Position numbers and translations under genes: made by a program. Below, one piece after another: positions 30,707 to 41,182 of a stretch of DNA of 64,000 nt. Each line of letters starts with the position of its first letter. The first letter of the stretch is position 1. Where the stretch lies: assembly GCA_965217775.1 (NCBI GenBank), contig CBDCJH010000002.1:1600001-1664000 (forward strand), given 5' to 3'. This stretch comes from Acidobacteriota bacterium (lineage in GTDB: Bacteria; Acidobacteriota; UBA6911; RPQK01; JAJDTT01). The notes under the pieces were generated by a model. It searched no databases. It worked only from the letters and a program-made list of their open reading frames with translations, and had not been told where the DNA came from.

Positions 30707-32085
30707 TCATTGTTGTTTGAGTTCAGGCGCTTGCAGTGCCGACAGTTTCTCTCCCCGACCGTGGTTCCGCCACCAACGGAATTCCCGGTTGGGGCGATCG
30801 GCCACGGAGGCGACGTCGAGGTCCTGATCCCCGTCCAGGTCCGCCAGAATCAGCTGCGAGCTGCGGCGCCAATTGTCCTTCAGGATGTGCATGGTCCAGG
30901 CACCGGTGGGATCGCCGTGGTGTTCGAACCAGGCGATTCGCCCGGTATCGTACGCGCTGGCCACCACTTCCACGGCTCCATCGCCATCCAGATCTGCTGC
31001 CAGCGCCGAGAACGCGTCCTTGAAGGGTTGCTGAATGACGTGACTTCGCCAAGTAATGCCGCCATCGGCCGCCTGGTTCTCGTACCAGGCGACCTGGCTC
31101 CCGGTTTCGTCGCCACCGCGTAGCCCATGACCATCACGACATCCAGGTCACCGTCTCCGTCCATATCCACTGGATTTCCATGGACCGGGCTACGGACAGT
31201 GTCGATGACATGGGGCTTCCAGGGCTCGGAAGCCGGCGTTCCACTGTTCTCGAACCACAGAACCAGGCCGCCCTTGCCCATCACGGTTCCCAGCAGATCC
31301 GCGTCTCCGTCCTGGTCAAAGTCGGCCGCGCGGATGGTGCGGGTCTCGCCGCCACCACCGATCACGCGCTTGGTCCACTCTTCCCCCTGGTTTTCAAACC
31401 AGGCAAACTCGTTGCCTTTCCAGGAGGAAGCGCCCACATCCAGGTCTCCATCCCCGTCCAGGTCTGCCAGCGTCACGTCGTAGGCGTACTGCAGCTTGCT
31501 GGCACAGTCGGGGGCGGTGGTGATCAGATGGCGCTTCCAGACCTTCCCATCACTGGGGCTCCCGCTGTTCTCGAACCAGAGCAGTTCCCCATACTTGTTC
31601 ATGACGGTCACCACGTCGGCATGGCCGTCTCCATTGATGTCGCCCATGCTGTGGCGCTCGAAGTCATGGCCCATGTTAGAGGGAACCTCGGGCTCGTTCT
31701 TCTGGACGAAGTGGCGGGTGAAGTTGCCTGAGCCGTCGTTCTCGAACCAGTAGATGTTGTTGTGCTGGTCGCAGCAGTGCTCCTTGCCCGGCGCCAAGTG
31801 GAAAGGGTGCTTCGCTCCCGATCCCGTCGGCTGATCGCGCATATCTCCGGGAGAACAGGAATCGGTGCTGGTCAGGTCGATGTCTCCGTCGCCGTCGACG
31901 TCCCCTGACCAGATCCCATAAGCATAGACATAGTTTTCCATGATCAGGTGTTCGGTGAACCGGATCTCGGGGAGGGTGGGGGCGGAGGGCGGCTTCCGCA
32001 CTGGAGAATCTCCCGAGCCACAACCTGCCAGGAGAACACCAGCCAGGCAAAGGACGAAGAGGAACTTGATTTTCTTAGTTTCCAT
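30707..32085 (-). pseudogene. FG-GAP/VCBS repeat lipoprotein with frameshift near 31115
   Basis: Lipobox LAGC; DxDGDGD.D/WFEN repeats continue in another frame after VMVMGY (…SQVAWYENQ…DLDGDGAVEVVAS…). Confidence 0.75.
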
Positions 32086-33658
32086 GGTTGCTCCTTTCCA
32101 CTCTGAAAGAGATTGCGGGCTCGAGCCTGCTACCGGATATCCGATCGCTGATCCGGAGTTGGAAACGATATCTTCCCGGCGACAGATCCAGGCGCGACCA
32201 CAACTTCGCGATCGAGATCCGTTGCCCCTGAAACGCCGCGTTGAGAGCGGTAATATTCTCCTCTTTGACGGGTCGATCCTCTGGGTCGAGAATTCGATAG
32301 GCAACATCGACGTCGGGCTTCGAAGTGGCCTGGTCGATCTGCATATTGTAGATCTCCGCGTAGACTCCAAAGGGTGAATTCCGCGAGAAGACGCCGCGGA
32401 CGTTCGGGTAGACCTTCAAGCCTCCGCTGGTGACGAAGGGATGGGGGTAGATCTCGCCCGCCTGGGACGCACCGATCCGCTCAGCCAGGATGATGCTGCT
32501 GGCGCTCAACGCCTCGGAGCCGATCGCGGGGACCACGATGCCGGCTTGCCGGGAACCGATGTTCTCGCTTTCCAGGTTCTTTAAAACCAGTTCCAACTTG
32601 TACCGTCCCGGTCTCAATGGAACGTAACGTTGATAGAGAGATTTGCTCGGCGTCTCACCTGCAGACAACGAAGTCCGAATGACATCCTCGAACTCATAAA
32701 CGACGCGCTGTCCCAGGTTGGATACCCTGCCGTAAAGGTTGAGGTTGGCCTGCCTGTTTCTCGCCTCGGGGACCGGAGCAAAGGTCAAATCCCGATGGGC
32801 GACTTCAACGGTTACCGGTGTCAGGGTCAGCTCCGGCGAGAGCCGCAGGACGTGATAGGACATCTCGAAAGGAAGCTGCTGGTAGCGGATCTGCGTCTCC
32901 ACTGCCGTCTTCAGGTCTTCGAATTCAATCGAAGGCGGGCGCGTCAGCTTGACGTACTCCTCGACCCGCAGAAAGGGATTGGCCGCTTCGCTCACGAAGG
33001 AGTCTCCGGGCAAACCCAGGGAACGCATGGCGTCGGCGCTTCGAATTCGCCCCGCCCTCGTTTCCAGACCCAAGTATTCATAGAGTGTCTGGCCGTGCCC
33101 CGACACGTACAGCATGGCGTCTTTCTCGGTATCTCGCAGGGCGAGCCGGTACTCTCCGGTGCTCGTCGGGTCCACGAATTCGATGGAGATCCCCTGGCCC
33201 AATTCTCCCAGATCCTGGTAGTACCAGACCTCGTACGGATAGGTCGTGGTCGAACCGCCTCCTTCCCCTAGAGTCCGAAAGTAAGGTCCTCCAGTGGGGT
33301 AGCGTTGGATGCTGGTCGGAGGCCCAAAGGTGATATAGGTTCGCCCCCTATCGGTCCGCCATCCTTGCAGCCCCGATCGGAAGTTGTCGTTGGCGTAGGC
33401 GATGCGACGATAGTGCTCCTCCTTGAACTCGTTGATGGAAGTGCGCGGGTCGGTGTCGCGCCGCAGCCAGAACTGCTCGATGAACCGATCCTTTTCTTCG
33501 GGGGCGGTAAGCTGACTGAAGACGGTCCGCTCTTCGGGCGTGATGATGTAAACCACATCTCCATTCAGCCATTTCTGGTAGTAGTCCGCCGGTTCCTTCT
33601 GCGGAAACCCGGAAATGGGTGGGAACAGAATGGCCAGCAGAATCAGGGTCTTTTTCAC
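32075..33658 (-). CDS. GWxTD domain-containing protein
   Basis: KWLNGDVVYIITPEE, FIEQFWLRRD, EEHYRRIAYAN, GWRTDRGR; start could instead be 33721. Confidence 0.9.
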   Translation of the reverse strand: MKKTLILLAILFPPISGFPQKEPADYYQKWLNGDVVYIITPEERTVFSQLTAPEEKDRFIEQFWLRRDTDPRTSINEFKEEHYRRIAYANDNFRSGLQGWRTDRGRTYITFGPPTSIQRYPTGGPYFRTLGEGGGSTTTYPYEVWYYQDLGELGQGISIEFVDPTSTGEYRLALRDTEKDAMLYVSGHGQTLYEYLGLETRAGRIRSADAMRSLGLPGDSFVSEAANPFLRVEEYVKLTRPPSIEFEDLKTAVETQIRYQQLPFEMSYHVLRLSPELTLTPVTVEVAHRDLTFAPVPEARNRQANLNLYGRVSNLGQRVVYEFEDVIRTSLSAGETPSKSLYQRYVPLRPGRYKLELVLKNLESENIGSRQAGIVVPAIGSEALSASSIILAERIGASQAGEIYPHPFVTSGGLKVYPNVRGVFSRNSPFGVYAEIYNMQIDQATSKPDVDVAYRILDPEDRPVKEENITALNAAFQGQRISIAKLWSRLDLSPGRYRFQLRISDRISGSRLEPAISFRVERSNHGN

Positions 33659-33749
33659 CCGATCGCTCTGTCGCCCATTCGCTTTTGAACTTCGGGGTCC
33701 GGATGGCAGTGGCGGGACCATCTTTTGAGTTATCGTTTCAGATCCCATG

Positions 33750-33805
33750 CCGAAACACAAACGAGTCCAGCTTGATGTTGCGGATGTGGATTCGCAGTTG
33801 AATAG
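33750..33805 (-). pseudogene. Second orphan 3'-end fragment of the beta-propeller gene family
   Basis: AAACGAGTCCAGCTTGATGTTGCGGATGTGGATTCGCAGTTGAA matches 12141-12184; encodes IQLRIHIRNIKLDSFVF. Confidence 0.7.
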
Positions 33806-33829
33806 TCTGAGACGTGAGGAGGATCTCCA

Positions 33830-35680
33830 ATGATCGTACGCTTGAGGACACGGGTTGCAGTTCTGTCCCTCGTGGGCTTTCTGGCTGCAGGAGCCGGGTT
33901 TGTGGCAGCCGCCTCTTCGAGTGTGGAAGATCCGCCGATCCTTCTTCCCGACGGGACGGAATTCCGGACCTGGGAGGATAGGACCGAGTACCGGCGCGTC
34001 TACTATGTGGATCAGAACCACCCTGCGGCTGCGGACGACAACCCGGGCACGGAAGAGGCACCTTTTCTGACGATTCAACGTGCGGCGGACGTCGTCCAGC
34101 CCGCCGAAAAGGTCTTGATCAAGTCGGGCATCTACCGTGAGTGGGTCCGGCCTCGGCGAGGGGGCACCGGCCCGGACGGGATGATCAGCTTCGAGGCGGC
34201 GCCGGGCGCGGAGGCCGTCATCAGCGGGTCCGACGTCCTGAGGGCCAATTGGACCAATTCGGGCCGTTCAAGATCGGCGAACGTCTGGAAGGCGGATCTG
34301 CCGGCCGAGTTCTTCGGTGACGATCACCCGATTGCCACCATCAACACCTCCGACGATGACTTTGCGGTCATGCGCTGGGCCAGGGCGGAGCAGGGACGGA
34401 TCCCCCACACCCTGCCGCGAGCCATGGTGTTCCAGGAGGGGCGGCGAGTGACCCAGTTGGCCAGGATCGATGAGCTGCACCGGGTCGCCGGCACCTTCTG
34501 GATCGATCGGGAGAACCGGCAGCTTCACCTCAACCCGTTCGATCGCAGGGACCCCAACACCCGGCAGATCGAGGTGACCACGCGACAGTTCCTGTTCAAC
34601 CCGCTGGCGAAGGAGATGGGATACATCCGGATTAGGGGGCTTACGTTCGAGCATGCCGGCAACGGCTTCATTCGCTCCGGAAACGGCGCCATCACGACCT
34701 GGGGTGGCCACCATTGGATCATCGAGGAGAACACCGTCCGGCACCTCAACGCGGTGGGTATCGAGATCGGAGCGTTCACCGAAGAGGGCCCCAAGGCAGG
34801 GAACCGGAACGAGCTGGCGATGACGACGGGAGACCATCTGGTGCGCCGCAACCATGTGTACGATTGCGGCACGGGCGGAATTCAGGGAACCGTCGTCTCC
34901 CGGAGCCTGGTGTCCGACAATCACATACACGACTGCGGTTGGCAGGACGTCGAGCGTTACTGGGAGGTCGCCGGCATCAAGCTCCTGATCATGCTGAATT
35001 CCGTCGTCACGCGCAATCACGTTCACGATTGCTATGCTTCGGCCGGAATTTGGATCGATTTCGCGAACCGGAACACGCGGGTCACCCGGAATCTGATTCA
35101 CGACATCTCGAGCTATGCCGGGGCGCTCTTCTTCGAGGCCTCGAACGTCCTCAACCTGATCGACCACAATGTCGTCTACAACGTCCAGGGCTCCGGGTTC
35201 TACCTGCACGACTCCGATCGGCTCCTGGTGACTCACAACCTGCTGGTGAACTGCGCGCCGTTCGGGATCCGCATGACGAAGACCAAGACCCGGGACCGGG
35301 TGGGCGTTTCCAAACACAACCGGGTGATCAACAACGTGGTCGCGCAGTGTCCGGTGCCATTCGAATACGCCAATACGGAGAACGTCTCGGATTACAACGT
35401 CGTCTCCGGTTCGGGAACGGATTTCAACTTGGCCGAGTGGCAGGCGTCCGGCCTGGACGTCCACAGCCGAACGGCCGAGCTCGACATTACGATCGGTCCC
35501 GAGGACGGGATCCTGTCCTGGTCGGCTCGGAGAGACGAGGTCCTGACGGTGACCCGCGACGAGCGGATGGGATTCGACTACTTCGGCCGTACGTATCCCG
35601 GAAATGCGATTGCGGTGGGACCCTTCAAGGAAGGTTGGAACCCGGTCCACCGCCGGTTGAAGCTCATTCTCAATAAATGA
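33830..35680 (+). CDS. Right-handed parallel beta-helix protein (DUF1565/pectate-lyase-like)
   Basis: YYVDQNHPAAADDNPGTEEAPFLTIQRAA, GIYRE, repeated NHVHD strands; signal peptide. Confidence 0.85.
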   Translation: MIVRLRTRVAVLSLVGFLAAGAGFVAAASSSVEDPPILLPDGTEFRTWEDRTEYRRVYYVDQNHPAAADDNPGTEEAPFLTIQRAADVVQPAEKVLIKSGIYREWVRPRRGGTGPDGMISFEAAPGAEAVISGSDVLRANWTNSGRSRSANVWKADLPAEFFGDDHPIATINTSDDDFAVMRWARAEQGRIPHTLPRAMVFQEGRRVTQLARIDELHRVAGTFWIDRENRQLHLNPFDRRDPNTRQIEVTTRQFLFNPLAKEMGYIRIRGLTFEHAGNGFIRSGNGAITTWGGHHWIIEENTVRHLNAVGIEIGAFTEEGPKAGNRNELAMTTGDHLVRRNHVYDCGTGGIQGTVVSRSLVSDNHIHDCGWQDVERYWEVAGIKLLIMLNSVVTRNHVHDCYASAGIWIDFANRNTRVTRNLIHDISSYAGALFFEASNVLNLIDHNVVYNVQGSGFYLHDSDRLLVTHNLLVNCAPFGIRMTKTKTRDRVGVSKHNRVINNVVAQCPVPFEYANTENVSDYNVVSGSGTDFNLAEWQASGLDVHSRTAELDITIGPEDGILSWSARRDEVLTVTRDERMGFDYFGRTYPGNAIAVGPFKEGWNPVHRRLKLILNK

Positions 35681-35783
35681 AAGCCGTTCGGGGCAGGGAA
35701 GACCGGCTGCGGCAGAATCTCCGACCTCGATTGCCGAACGACGGGCCGGGGGTGAATAACGCGCAACACCCGGGCCGGTGGGG

Positions 35784-37562
35784 TCAGCCGCCGCGTTCGG
35801 GGGTCCCGGAAAGACGGGCCCGCTCCGTCCGGGTGGCCTGGAGATCCACTGCCTTGCCCGACGCGTCCAGGACGACGCCGTAGGTGTCACGGGCTCTTTC
35901 CGGCGTCACCTTGCCTTGGGTCACGTCTTGCAGCACCCGTTCCGGATCCCGCTCCAGGGACGGACCGTAGCCTCCTCCTCCGGGCGTCCGATAGCTGATG
36001 ACGGAATCGGGCTGGAGGTGCAACGTGATCTTGGACGGGAGTTCTTTCGCTTCTCCATCCGGATTGAGAATGTATTTGGAGCTGGCTCCGCTGCCACCTC
36101 CGAACAACCCCCAGGGCGCAAACTTCCGATTGTCGGAAAAGATGGTGAGCGTGGCCTCGTGACCGGGGAACTTCCAGTCCCGCCTCAGACCCAATCCTCC
36201 CCGGTAGCGGCCGGCCCCTTCCGAGTCCGGGATCAACTCGTAGCGGGTGATCAGGAACGGCAGGTTGTTCTCGGTCTCCTCGATGGCCGAGTTCTCCGTG
36301 TTCTGGACATGGGACTGGACGGCGTCCATTCCGTCCTTGGTGGGAAGGCCTCCCCAGCCGCCGGCCATGGTCTCGATGAAGGTGTAATACTCTCCGGTTC
36401 GCGGATCGATGCCCCCACAGGCCATGTGACAGTTTATGCTCTTGGTGCTGGCCATGACCTTGTCCGGCATGGCGTCCGAAAGGGCGCGGAAACCCAGGCA
36501 GCAAAGGCGCATGACCACCTCCCAGCCACCGACCACGCCCACCGGAGGAACCGCGTTCACCACGGTCCCCGGCGGCGCCTCGACGTCGATGAGCCGGTAG
36601 AAGCCTTCGTTGGTGGGGATATCGGAATCGATCAGGCACTTGACGACGTAGGCCAGGGGCGAATAGGTCTGAGTCAGCGTGGCGTTCATGGGAGAGCTGC
36701 GCTGGGCGTCCGTACCGGTCAGGTCGAATGAAACCCGGCCCTCTCTGATCTCCACCTTCAGCACCAGCCGAATCGGGCGATCCGACACCCCGTCATCGTC
36801 CAGCAGGGCCTCCGCTTCGTAGACCCCGTCCGGCAGTTTCGAAATCTCGGCGCGGGCCCATCGCTCCGTGTACTCGATCAGCTCATCGACGAAGACCTCC
36901 ACCGATTCGGCACCGAATCTGGTCAGGATCTCCGCCATCCGTTTCTGGCCCAGCAGGGAAGCGGCGATCTGGGCCCGAAAATCTCCTGTGGACTGGCGGG
37001 GCGAGCGGATGTTGGCCAGGATGAGGCGGAAGACGTCGTCGACGATCTCACCTTCGGAGACCAGTTTGGCCGGCGGGATGATGATCCCCTCCTGGTAGAG
37101 CTCCGTGGAAATGCAGTAGCCGCCCGGCGCATAGCCGCCGATGTCGACGTGATGCGCAATGGTGGCCGCGTATCCCTGGATCTTCCCGCCGCTGAAAAAG
37201 GGCGCCATGATGGCCACGTCGTTGAGGTGGACGCCGCCCCGGTAGGGGTGGTTCATCACCAACGCGTCGCCCGGATGGAGCTTCTCGATCCCGTATTGCC
37301 GGATCGTGTTGGGAATCATTCTGGACATGGAGGCCAAGTGCACCGGCTGGGAGAAGGACTGGGCGATGATGCGGAGCTTGGAGTCGAAGAGGGCACAGGA
37401 GAAGTCGGAACGGGTCTTGATGTTGGTCGAGTACGCCGCCTTTCTCAGGGCGGCTCCCATCTCGTCGGCCGCGGCTTCGAAGGCGCTGCGCATCACTTCG
37501 AACCGGATGGGGTCCATTTTCAGGGCCGCGGTCGTCTTCTCGGTCCCGTTGGTCTTGCTCAT
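35784..37562 (-). CDS. hyuB: Hydantoinase B / oxoprolinase family protein
   Basis: EMGAAL..AYSTNIK..DFSCA, NHPYRGGVHLND, AHHVDIGG, TPGGGGYG. Confidence 0.9.
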   Translation of the reverse strand: MSKTNGTEKTTAALKMDPIRFEVMRSAFEAAADEMGAALRKAAYSTNIKTRSDFSCALFDSKLRIIAQSFSQPVHLASMSRMIPNTIRQYGIEKLHPGDALVMNHPYRGGVHLNDVAIMAPFFSGGKIQGYAATIAHHVDIGGYAPGGYCISTELYQEGIIIPPAKLVSEGEIVDDVFRLILANIRSPRQSTGDFRAQIAASLLGQKRMAEILTRFGAESVEVFVDELIEYTERWARAEISKLPDGVYEAEALLDDDGVSDRPIRLVLKVEIREGRVSFDLTGTDAQRSSPMNATLTQTYSPLAYVVKCLIDSDIPTNEGFYRLIDVEAPPGTVVNAVPPVGVVGGWEVVMRLCCLGFRALSDAMPDKVMASTKSINCHMACGGIDPRTGEYYTFIETMAGGWGGLPTKDGMDAVQSHVQNTENSAIEETENNLPFLITRYELIPDSEGAGRYRGGLGLRRDWKFPGHEATLTIFSDNRKFAPWGLFGGGSGASSKYILNPDGEAKELPSKITLHLQPDSVISYRTPGGGGYGPSLERDPERVLQDVTQGKVTPERARDTYGVVLDASGKAVDLQATRTERARLSGTPERGG

Positions 37563-39649
37563 ACTTCAGTTTCCTGGATCCGAATGTTGCCATGGAGGTC
37601 CACGTCTGCCCGGTAGTCCGGATGAAGGACAATCGTTGAATCGACTTCCTCCACGATGGCGGGTCCCGTGATGCAGTCTCCCGACTTGAGCCGATAGCGA
37701 TCGTAGACCTTGCACGGAACCGCTCCGCCGCATTCGGAAAAGTGGACGGGACGCTCGTTCTTGACGGCATCGCCGGCGTCCCCGATCCCCTCTTCGAGCC
37801 GGCGTAAACGAGGCTGCCGGATCTTACCGATTGCCGTCAGCCTCAGAGCGACCGCTTCCGTCGGTTCCGTGTCGTCGGCATAGCCGTAAGCCCGCTCATG
37901 CTCCCGATAGAACGCCGCATTCACGGTTCTTTTGTCACCCTCGGTCAGATCGCGGTTCGGAATCTCGATCTTCAACTCGTATCCCTGACCCACGTATCTC
38001 ATGTCCAGATAGTGAGCATAGTTGACGTCTTCCTCGGAAATTCCTTCGGAGAACAAAATCTCCCTGCCACGTTCGGCCAATTCGGCGAAGGACCGGTTGA
38101 GGCGTTCGAGATCGAGCTCAGCGATCTGTTGATGAAATGCCCGGACGTAGTCGTGCTTGATGTCGCTCACCAGCAATCCCAGGGCGGAGGTCACTCCGGG
38201 ACTCATGGGAATGAGCACCTTGGGAATCCCCAGCTCCCGGGCCAAGCCGTTGGCGTGCATGGGTCCGGCGCCTCCGAAGCCGACCAGCACGAAGTCCCGT
38301 GGATCGAAGCCTCTCTGAACCGAGATGGTGCGGACGGCGCCGATCATGTTGGCATTGGCGATCTCGATGATCCCGTTGGCCGTCTCCACGACACCCAATC
38401 GCAGCCGGCCGGCCAGTTTCCGGACCGCCGCTTCCGCCAGCTCCGGGTCGAGCTTCTGCGCCCCCCCGATGAAATAGTCCGGATTGAGTCGTCCCAGCAC
38501 CAGATTGGCGTCGGTGATGCACGGCTCCTCCTGGCCCTTTCCGTAACAGGCTGGACCCGGATCCGCCCCGCCGCTTCGAGGACCGACCCGCAACGCGCCA
38601 CCGGGATCGATCCAGGCGATGCTGCCGCCGCCGGCTCCGATCTCCACCAGGTCGACGACGGGAGTTCTGACCGGGTAGCCTGCCCCCTTGCTCTCCGCCA
38701 CGGCGGCGCTGCCGACTTCGAAGTGCGGCGCGATCTTGACGGTTCCTCCTTCCACCAGGCCGACCTTGGCGGTGGTGCCGCCCATGTCGAAACTGATGAC
38801 GTCCCGGGTTCCCACCAGGTTTCCCAGGTAACGGGTCGCGATGACGCCCGCCGCTGGTCCCGATTCGATCAGATGCACCGGTTCCCGCTTGGCGACGTCG
38901 GAGGCCATGACTCCGCCCGCCGAGGTCATGAGGTGCAATCCCACGCCGACTCCCAGTCGGGCCAACCGGTTCTCCAGGTTTTCCAGGTAGCGGGTCACGA
39001 TGGGCATGACCACCGCGTTGATGGCGGTGGTGCTGGCGCGAAAGTACTCCCTCATTTCCGGGCAGAGGTCGGAGGAGATGGACAGAAACACTCCCGGCAA
39101 TTCATTCCGGAGGAGGTCGCGGACTCGTTTTTCGTGTGCCGGGTTGACGTACGAATGCAGCAGGCAGACCGCCACCGACTCGACGGCGGCCTCTTTCAAC
39201 CGGCGGGCGACGTCCCGAACGGCATCTTCATCCAGAGGAGCAAGGGTCTGGCCGGCATAGTCGAGGCGCTCCGGAACCCCGTAGCATCGATTCCGGGGAA
39301 TCACGGGCTTCGGCTTCTCGCAGAAGATGTCGTACAGTCTGGGCCGAATCTGGCGGGCGATTTCCAGGACGTCCCGGAATCCCTCGGTAGCTACCAAGCC
39401 CGTCCGGGCTCCTTTGCCCTCGATCAGGGTATTGGTCGCCACGGTGGTCCCATGGACGTTGTAGGTAACGTCCGCGGCAGCCACCCTCGATTCTCTCAAG
39501 GCGCGTTCCACCGTGTTCAGAAACCCGACCGAGGGGTCGCTCGGAGTGCTGGCCATTTTCACGAGCCGCAGCTCTCCGGTGGACTCGTCCATCATGACCA
39601 GATCCGTGAACGTTCCCCCGATGTCCACACCGATTCGATAGCTGTTCAT
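37559..39649 (-). CDS. hyuA: Hydantoinase A / oxoprolinase family protein
   Basis: IGVDIGGTFTD, HGTTVATN, ESGPAAG, DMGGTT, GAGGGSIA; 4-bp overlap with hyuB. Confidence 0.9.
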   Translation of the reverse strand: MNSYRIGVDIGGTFTDLVMMDESTGELRLVKMASTPSDPSVGFLNTVERALRESRVAAADVTYNVHGTTVATNTLIEGKGARTGLVATEGFRDVLEIARQIRPRLYDIFCEKPKPVIPRNRCYGVPERLDYAGQTLAPLDEDAVRDVARRLKEAAVESVAVCLLHSYVNPAHEKRVRDLLRNELPGVFLSISSDLCPEMREYFRASTTAINAVVMPIVTRYLENLENRLARLGVGVGLHLMTSAGGVMASDVAKREPVHLIESGPAAGVIATRYLGNLVGTRDVISFDMGGTTAKVGLVEGGTVKIAPHFEVGSAAVAESKGAGYPVRTPVVDLVEIGAGGGSIAWIDPGGALRVGPRSGGADPGPACYGKGQEEPCITDANLVLGRLNPDYFIGGAQKLDPELAEAAVRKLAGRLRLGVVETANGIIEIANANMIGAVRTISVQRGFDPRDFVLVGFGGAGPMHANGLARELGIPKVLIPMSPGVTSALGLLVSDIKHDYVRAFHQQIAELDLERLNRSFAELAERGREILFSEGISEEDVNYAHYLDMRYVGQGYELKIEIPNRDLTEGDKRTVNAAFYREHERAYGYADDTEPTEAVALRLTAIGKIRQPRLRRLEEGIGDAGDAVKNERPVHFSECGGAVPCKVYDRYRLKSGDCITGPAIVEEVDSTIVLHPDYRADVDLHGNIRIQETEV

Positions 39650-39976
39650 ATTCCTGACCTTGACCCGGCGTGAATCCTGCCCGGGGCCGGTATTGATGCT
39701 TTCGTAGCCAGCCCACTACGATACCGCAATCAACCGCCATGATCCCCTCATGCCGGGCTCCTTGGATTGCGTTCCGGGCTCCGAACACTCTCCGACGGCA
39801 CCGCGACAGGCCATTGGAAATCTTGTCATCGCCCGGATCCGTTCCCTACAATCTACTGGATTTTGGCAACGGCACCAGGAAGGAGGAACCCCACGAGAAG
39901 AGGGATCCGTCGGGAACCGGCTCAACGCGGAAGCGCTCGTGCCTCTTGTCTCCAACCCTTCCGCCTGGTCTCGCCG

Positions 39977-41182
39977 TTGCGAATCACCTGGTGGACCTGC
40001 CCCTTTCTTCTATTGATAACGATTTGGGCCACCCACGCATTGATCCGTGGCCAGGGAGAGATCCGCCAGCTGATCGAGACCGGCCGGCTCCTCGAAGCCA
40101 AGGAGCTGGTCCAGCAGAAACTGGAAGCAGACCCGTCCAGTCCCGACTGGCTGTACTGGAAAGCGGTCATCGCCTTCGCCTCAGGAGACTTTTCCGAGGC
40201 GGAGAGGACGCTACAACCCGTGGTCCGGAGCCATGCTGCGTCGGGAACACATTTGTTGTTGTTGGGGGAGATCCATGACCGGAAACAGCAATGGAAGGAA
40301 GCCGCTGGAGCTTACCGGCGCGCGTTGTCTTTTCCGCACGGGTCCGACCTACTGATTCGATTGGCGCGATCCGAATTTCGCGCGGGGAATCCGCCGGCCG
40401 TCATCGAGACACTCCGGCCCCTCGCAGAGTCACCCGAAGCCACCGGCGAGGCGCACTTTCTGCTGGCGCTCTCCTATGGCCGGCAGCGAGACCTGGAACA
40501 ATCCGTCGCGCACCTGTCGAAGGCCGTCGCAAAGCAACCGGACGCCGCCTCCTATCGATTCCAGTATGCGCTCGCCCTGGCCGAGAATGGGCAGTTGGAG
40601 AACGCGGTGAAGGAACTCCGCAGAACCCTCGCACTGGAGCCCAATCTGGCCATGGCCCATTTCTACCTGGGGCAGATCCTGCACAATATGAACCTCCGCG
40701 ACGACGCCTTGGCGGCGCTGCAGCGGGCCGAGCGTCTGCAACCCGGGATTCCTCATCTGGCCTTCAGCCTGGGACTGCTCTACAAGCTCCAAGGGGACTT
40801 TGATCAGGCGATCCCGAAGTTTGAGAAGGAAATCGCCGCCGGAACCGATCACCCACCAGCTCATTTCCATCTGGCGGAGATTCTCTTTCGGAGGAACCAG
40901 ACCCACCGGAGCGAGGAGCTGATCAAACGGGCCATCGCACTCCAACCGGGAATGGCCGACTATCATCTGCTGGCGACGGAGATCGCCCTCGCGGCCGATC
41001 GGCTGGAAGAAGCCGAAGAGCAGGTCAAGACGGCCATCGGTTCGGACCCCAACTCCGGCCGTGCCCATTACCTCCGGGGGAGAGTCCTGCAGGCCATGGG
41101 CCGGACCCAGGAGGCGGGAAGCGCCTTCGAGCTCTCCCGAAAGCTGATGGACGGACGGAGGGAAGGCGCTCCCGCACCATGA
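39977..41182 (+). CDS. Tetratricopeptide repeat protein
   Basis: Multiple TPR motifs (AHFYLGQIL, AHFHLAEIL, AHYLRGRVL); start uncertain. Confidence 0.85.
   Translation: MRITWWTCPFLLLITIWATHALIRGQGEIRQLIETGRLLEAKELVQQKLEADPSSPDWLYWKAVIAFASGDFSEAERTLQPVVRSHAASGTHLLLLGEIHDRKQQWKEAAGAYRRALSFPHGSDLLIRLARSEFRAGNPPAVIETLRPLAESPEATGEAHFLLALSYGRQRDLEQSVAHLSKAVAKQPDAASYRFQYALALAENGQLENAVKELRRTLALEPNLAMAHFYLGQILHNMNLRDDALAALQRAERLQPGIPHLAFSLGLLYKLQGDFDQAIPKFEKEIAAGTDHPPAHFHLAEILFRRNQTHRSEELIKRAIALQPGMADYHLLATEIALAADRLEEAEEQVKTAIGSDPNSGRAHYLRGRVLQAMGRTQEAGSAFELSRKLMDGRREGAPAP

Noticed and set aside
33659-34078. Long N-terminal extension of the GWxTD ORF
   Set aside because: It overlaps the divergent 33830 gene and the gene-tail relic; the signal peptide begins near 33658
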